Shown here piece by piece: positions 59,422 to 64,000 of a DNA stretch of 64,000 bases. The stretch is from a virus: IMG/VR virus record IMGVR_UViG_3300049929_000026, positions 73,619 through 137,618 of that record; one strand, given 5' to 3'. The notes beneath the pieces were generated by a model. The model saw only the letters and a program-made list of their open reading frames with translations, made no database searches and was not told the DNA's origin. The position numbers were made by a program, and so were the translations under genes. Each line of letters begins with the position of its first letter. Within the stretch, counting starts at the first letter, position 1.

Positions 59422-59431
59422 AGGAACAGCC

Positions 59432-59722
59432 GTGGAAAACATCTTCGAGCAAGCGGCAAGAGCACGGAAGGTGCGGGCCTTTGTGCGGCACTTCGACCGT
59501 CGAATCCGCAGCACCGGAAAGCATCCGTTCGTGGATGCTGCCGAGTTTGCGATGAGACTCCGCGATTCGATCGGTGTCGAGGAGTGGAAGCATCACGCAA
59601 TTCAGGCCGGTCAGCGTCCGCCAAGCCCTGACACGATCGCGGCCGTCATCAGTGTGTATGAAGAACGATCGGAGTCCTTCAAAGAAGAGCCGATACGGCT
59701 CCAATCGGGAGCGGTACACTGA
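59432..59722 (+). CDS. hypothetical protein
   Basis: GAGG RBS; in operon. Confidence 0.55.
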   Translation: MENIFEQAARARKVRAFVRHFDRRIRSTGKHPFVDAAEFAMRLRDSIGVEEWKHHAIQAGQRPPSPDTIAAVISVYEERSESFKEEPIRLQSGAVH

Positions 59723-60394
59723 TGGCGATCCTAGAAACGATCGAGTTCACTGGCGGATCAGTAACGATCCCACGAACTGCCGAATCGCTCAGCGAAAGCG
59801 CTAGCGAGTGGATGGCATTGGCAGCAATCCATTTCGCCGAAGCTGAGGCGCAACGCGAGGCAGGGGACCTCGACAAGGCGATCGAACAAACGTGCTTCGC
59901 CGAAACGAAACTGGCGACGGCGCGCATGCGTTTGATAGAAGCTCGCGAGCTGGAAGCGATGGTTCGCGGCTCATGAGCGATGTCGTCCACCTGTTTCCGA
60001 GTCTCGCTGTAGCCAGTGATTGCACTGGATGCGGTGAGGCTCACTGCGAGCTCGGGGCGTTGTGCAAACCGTGCCGCGTCAAGCAGGCATCGGTGGATGT
60101 CAGCTTCGTTCACGCCGAGATCGCTCGGGCAATCCAGGAGCTGCGACGCTTCGAGGCAAAGGGCGCCCCGCTATCCGGGCCGCTCGCCTACGCGCTCGAG
60201 GCGATGCGGCGCGCCTACGACGGCTCCGATCCGCTCGTGAGAATCAGTGGTCGTGGGTACGTTGAACTGGTCAGCGGAGAGCTTTGGGCATTCCCGGAAG
60301 CTGGGCTCAGCATTGGGCCCTTCGCGAATGAGGAAGCCGCGCAGGATGCGCTGACCGAATACGCGGCAGCGCAGCACGCTAGGAAGGTGGTCAC

Positions 60395-60613
60395 GTGACC
60401 ATCGGTAAATGTCCGGAGTGCAAAGCTACCGTCGACTGGACAAGGACAGCGAACGGTAACAAGATCGCGATCAACCTATTAGCGGTGAGGGTCGCGATGA
60501 CCATTAGCCCCAAAGGGAGCGAAGAGGGTGAGGTGATCGTCTTGCGGCAAGCGCGTACAGTCCACTTCGACACGTGTACGAAGAAACCGGCATCACAAAG
60601 GACCGGTCAGTAA
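60395..60613 (+). CDS. Zn-ribbon hypothetical protein
   Basis: CPEC...W-RTANG...HFDTC. Confidence 0.6.
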   Translation: MTIGKCPECKATVDWTRTANGNKIAINLLAVRVAMTISPKGSEEGEVIVLRQARTVHFDTCTKKPASQRTGQ

Positions 60614-60712
60614 ACGGCTGAAGCGACAGATTGAGGACGAGCGCCGCCCCCCCTCGGTAGCCACCTCGATCTGTCACTTCAACCGTTCACAATAAGGGAG
60701 ACAGTAAACATC

Positions 60713-61966
60713 ATGGCTGAATTCAAGATTCCATTCGGACGCGCTCAGGGCGAGACGCTCACCGAGACTGACCCGGCAAACATTACTTGGGCGATCGTTG
60801 CGATCGAGAAGAAGCTGGCCGAAGACCCAAATAATCAGTTCGCTGGGCGCAATCGAGCATGGATCGCTGCGGCGAAGGCTGAGCTCGCCCGTCGAGCGAG
60901 CGGGGGGACTCAGCTCGCCAAATCGCCAGCAGCCAGCACTCCAGCGGCCATCCAGCGCCAGCCGCCGCCGATGCTCGGCGCGTCGATGAACGACCCAGCT
61001 GCAGTGAGTGCTCACCTAGCGAAGCTGAGCGAGAGCTATCACCTGGTGTCGACTGCATCGACCGTTGACTGTTTGCCTCCGGGCTGCGGCGTGGCCATCT
61101 CCTACGTGACAGTGAATCCCAGCACGGACAAGAGCGGTCCGGGCGAGGTTTACTCATTGGGCGGCGGGAAGGTCGGACTGTCCGGAGTTACGATCTCAAA
61201 AATCGGCAATGCCGCCGGCGCAGATTGGGATCCGGACAAGAGCGGCCGACTCGATAACGGCAGCGATCCACATTATTGCCACTACCGAGCCGTCGGCTAC
61301 GTTCGGAACTTCGACGGAAGCAAGCGCACGATAGACGGCGAAGTGGAGATCGATGCTCGTGAAGGCTCTCCGCAATTGGATGAAATCACCGCCAAAGCGA
61401 AGGGCGGAAACCGGGATCCAAAGTCTCAAATTCTTGAGTTGCGCAAATTCATTCTGCGCCACGCGGAGAGCAAAGCAAAGAACCGCGCCATCGCATATGG
61501 ATGCGGGCTGAAGCGCAGCTACAACCCGGAGGAGCTGAAGAAGCCGTTCGCCGTGTGCCGGCTCATGTTCACCGGGCAGTCGGATGATCCAGCCGAGCGT
61601 AAGATGTTCGCGGAGAAGACTGCGGACGCAATGATCGGTGGCATGGCGAGCATGTACGGCAAGCCTCCGCCTCAACCGGCTCCCGCTCCGCACATGTCAC
61701 AGCCGCCGCCGCAACGCCTCGACACCACGAACGTTCCGCAGTTTACAGGGCATGCTCCGCCACCAGTAGGGCCTGCCCTGCAGGAGGTCGACAACTTCGA
61801 CGACTACGACTTCGGTGGCGGGGAGGATGCTCCAGCGTCAGAGCCGAAGCCGCAAGGGAAAGCGGCAGTAGCGACACCTACGCCGGGGTCACGTGCGCAG
61901 GCAGCAGCCGCTGCGCCGTCTGCGCCGGGCAAACCGAACTACGCTGAAGGCGAAACGGATCTGTGA
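60713..61966 (+). CDS. putative recombination / ssDNA-annealing protein
   Basis: IPFG N-terminal motif, AESKAKNRAI core, acidic tail; upstream of sbcDC; function inferred from context. Confidence 0.55.
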   Translation: MAEFKIPFGRAQGETLTETDPANITWAIVAIEKKLAEDPNNQFAGRNRAWIAAAKAELARRASGGTQLAKSPAASTPAAIQRQPPPMLGASMNDPAAVSAHLAKLSESYHLVSTASTVDCLPPGCGVAISYVTVNPSTDKSGPGEVYSLGGGKVGLSGVTISKIGNAAGADWDPDKSGRLDNGSDPHYCHYRAVGYVRNFDGSKRTIDGEVEIDAREGSPQLDEITAKAKGGNRDPKSQILELRKFILRHAESKAKNRAIAYGCGLKRSYNPEELKKPFAVCRLMFTGQSDDPAERKMFAEKTADAMIGGMASMYGKPPPQPAPAPHMSQPPPQRLDTTNVPQFTGHAPPPVGPALQEVDNFDDYDFGGGEDAPASEPKPQGKAAVATPTPGSRAQAAAAAPSAPGKPNYAEGETDL

Positions 61967-63126
61967 TGACCCGCGTCATGGCCTCGGGCGACCATCATTT
62001 CGATGATGAGTCGCGGTTCGCTGAGTGCATCCGGGTGCATCGCTGGATGGTCCAGGAGGCGCGCGGCCGGTCGGTGAATTTATTTCTTTCGGGAGGCGAC
62101 ATCTTCGAGAGAGGTTCGTCGCCTACCGAGCGCGAAGCCGTCGCTGATTGGTTGACCGCCATGGCCACGGTTTGCCCCGTGGTGATCTCGAAAGGCAACC
62201 ACGATCGCCCTTTAGACGCCGGATTCATGCGTCGCCTACGCACCAAGCATCCGATCATTGTAGAAGAGGCCGCTGGGGTGCATGTGGTCGCTGGCGTAGC
62301 GGTGGCGGCCGTGGCCTGGCCCGACCGTTCTCGTCTGCTCGCGCAAGCTGGCAGTCAGAGCGCGGCCGACGATGCTATGCGCATGGCGCTGCAGGCTGTC
62401 CTGCGCGGCCTAGGGGACCAGCTGGCGCAACACGACGCCCCGCGGGTGCTACTCGGGCACTTCATGTGTGACGGCGCAGAAACGAGCACCGGGCAGCCTC
62501 TGCTCGGCCAGCCTATCCGCGTCGGTCTGGATGACTTGGCGCTCGCGCGCGCACACCTGATTCTGATGGCGCACATCCATATGTACCAAATTTGGTCGTG
62601 CAACGGCGCCCCGGCGCTCTACACGGGTTCACCATTCCGAACGACGTTCGGGCAGCTCGAAACCAAGTCGGTGACTCTCGCCGAATTCGACGGGCAGACG
62701 CTGGTGGATCTCCAGCAGCTTGAGACGCCGGCTACGCGCATGGTGCAGCTCGAAGAGGAGTGGTTGGACCCGGACGGCACCGGTGATCGCTGGGTGCGCG
62801 TGGATGACGGTGCGGGATCCGTAGGAGTCCGTGACGCTGAGGTTCGGCTCCGTCTCTACATGCCGAGTGACAAGCGCGAGGCGGCAAGAGCCGCGGCCGA
62901 ACAGGTCGAAGCGGAGCTGCTGAAGCAGGGCGCCGTGTCCGTGAAGCGAGAAGACCAAGTCATCACCGAGAAGCGCGCGCGCGCGCCCGAGGTTTCCCAG
63001 GCCATCACCGCGGCGGACAAGCTCGAAGCGTACTGGAAGGCCAAGGGGTACGACCCAGGCGAGCGCCGCCCGTCGATCATCGGGAAAGCGCAACAGCTCG
63101 ACGAGAGGTATTTCCGTGCGACTTGA
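61963..63126 (+). CDS. sbcD: SbcD/Mre11-like nuclease
   Basis: GDHH, GGDIFE, KGNHD, LGH, AHIH, YTGSP. Confidence 0.9.
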   Translation: MMTRVMASGDHHFDDESRFAECIRVHRWMVQEARGRSVNLFLSGGDIFERGSSPTEREAVADWLTAMATVCPVVISKGNHDRPLDAGFMRRLRTKHPIIVEEAAGVHVVAGVAVAAVAWPDRSRLLAQAGSQSAADDAMRMALQAVLRGLGDQLAQHDAPRVLLGHFMCDGAETSTGQPLLGQPIRVGLDDLALARAHLILMAHIHMYQIWSCNGAPALYTGSPFRTTFGQLETKSVTLAEFDGQTLVDLQQLETPATRMVQLEEEWLDPDGTGDRWVRVDDGAGSVGVRDAEVRLRLYMPSDKREAARAAAEQVEAELLKQGAVSVKREDQVITEKRARAPEVSQAITAADKLEAYWKAKGYDPGERRPSIIGKAQQLDERYFRAT

Positions 63127-64000
63127 GAAAGCGATCTTCCACAACATCGGCCCGTTCGACCACGCCGAAATAGATCTCGAATCCCTCGGCCCAGACGCGA
63201 AGCTTGTAGCGCTCTGCGGTGTGAACGGGGCAGGGAAGACATTCACGCTCCAGGCCGCGATCGCTGGCGCCGCCTACCGCAAGATGCCGACCCAGGGCAC
63301 GCTCGTTGCTCGCGCCAAGGCCAGGGACTCCTACGTTGAATCGACGCTGGTGAATGGGCAGCGCTGGGTGGTGCGCCACGCTCTCGACGCCGTGACCCGA
63401 AAAGGGGAGGCGACGGTCAAAGACGCCTTGGGTGCGGAGGCTTACAAGGGCACCAGCGTGAAGCTGTTCGATGCCTGGTCGGCCAAGCACTTCACCGCGC
63501 AAGACGTGCTGTTCGCGACAAGCTTTGCCGTGCAGAAGTCCGGCGGCTTCATCGAACTCGAGTCAGCGGACCGCATCTCGGTGATCTTGAAGGTCGTTGG
63601 CGTTTCGCGCATCGAGCGCATGGCCGAGGGCGCGCGCAAAGAGGCGGCGGCGGCCCGGCAAGCCTTCGAAAAGGTCGAGGCTCGCCTGAACGACGAGCGG
63701 GCGCGCTGCGGCGACGTTGAGGCGCTTGAATTGGCGCTCGCCGAAGCCCAAGCGCTGGCGGAAACGTGGGACGGCCAGGTGATACAGAACCGGGCGACGC
63801 TCGACGCTGCGCGCGAGGAGGCTCTGCGGATCGTCGCGCTCGTCAAGGAAATCGAGGCAGCAACGAAGCGGCGCACGGAACTGCTCCAAGAACTGGACGC
63901 CGCCCGCGCGCTCCAAACAGACCTAGAGAAGCGAATCGCGGCCTGCCGCGCAATCATCGCCGACAGGGACCAAATCCGGGGCGCCGCCGGGCGAATTACG
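63116..64000 (+). CDS. sbcC: SbcC/Rad50-like ATPase, truncated by window end (not in ORF track)
   Basis: GTG start; MRLEKAIFHNIGPF...LCGVNGAGKT followed by coiled coil. Confidence 0.9.
   Translation, partial: MRLEKAIFHNIGPFDHAEIDLESLGPDAKLVALCGVNGAGKTFTLQAAIAGAAYRKMPTQGTLVARAKARDSYVESTLVNGQRWVVRHALDAVTRKGEATVKDALGAEAYKGTSVKLFDAWSAKHFTAQDVLFATSFAVQKSGGFIELESADRISVILKVVGVSRIERMAEGARKEAAAARQAFEKVEARLNDERARCGDVEALELALAEAQALAETWDGQVIQNRATLDAAREEALRIVALVKEIEAATKRRTELLQELDAARALQTDLEKRIAACRAIIADRDQIRGAAGRIT

Larger units (their letters stand above)
5535..60402. repeat. dispersed 16-bp palindrome GTGGTCA-NN-TGACCAC (~18 good copies plus 3 weaker)
   Basis: Copies start at 5535, 8117, 9368, 12090, 13773, 14369, 18481, 25517, 26898, 34265, 36663, 37970, 41556, 41706, 43514, 54575, 58570, 60387; weaker at 43774, 45063, 47531. 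Confidence 0.9.

Overview
The whole window looks like one GC-rich (roughly 60-65% by eye) temperate dsDNA phage. A deltaproteobacterial/myxobacterial host is tentatively suggested by a Polyangiaceae-type DNA-binding protein. Genes run on the minus strand from a cro/cI switch at ~56.3 kb through integrase, tRNA-Leu(GAG) and att, replication (initiator with iterons, DnaC-like, DnaB), two DNA methyltransferases, an intact IS605-type TnpB, an ABC/OmpA cargo operon and an intein-containing SNF2 helicase, to terminase and portal. Plus-strand early genes end in sbcD-sbcC. Phage genes on both sides of int/tRNA imply the excised (attP) form. Top finding: a compact type V-like RNA-guided locus at 9.3-12.1 kb. 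It has a 541-aa TnpB/Cas12f-like protein with RuvC-I Asp->Asn, a two-repeat 36-bp mini-array with one 35-nt spacer, a 13-nt anti-repeat upstream of the gene, and a separately promoted half-repeat plus guide, but no cas1/cas2 or tnpA. Second finding: about 21 dispersed copies of the 16-bp palindrome GTGGTCA-NN-TGACCAC at promoters and gene junctions, distinct from the cI operators. Also present is a C5-methyltransferase with an overprinted second subunit, both frames broken by one extra base. All calls come from reading motifs by eye; no database searches were run.
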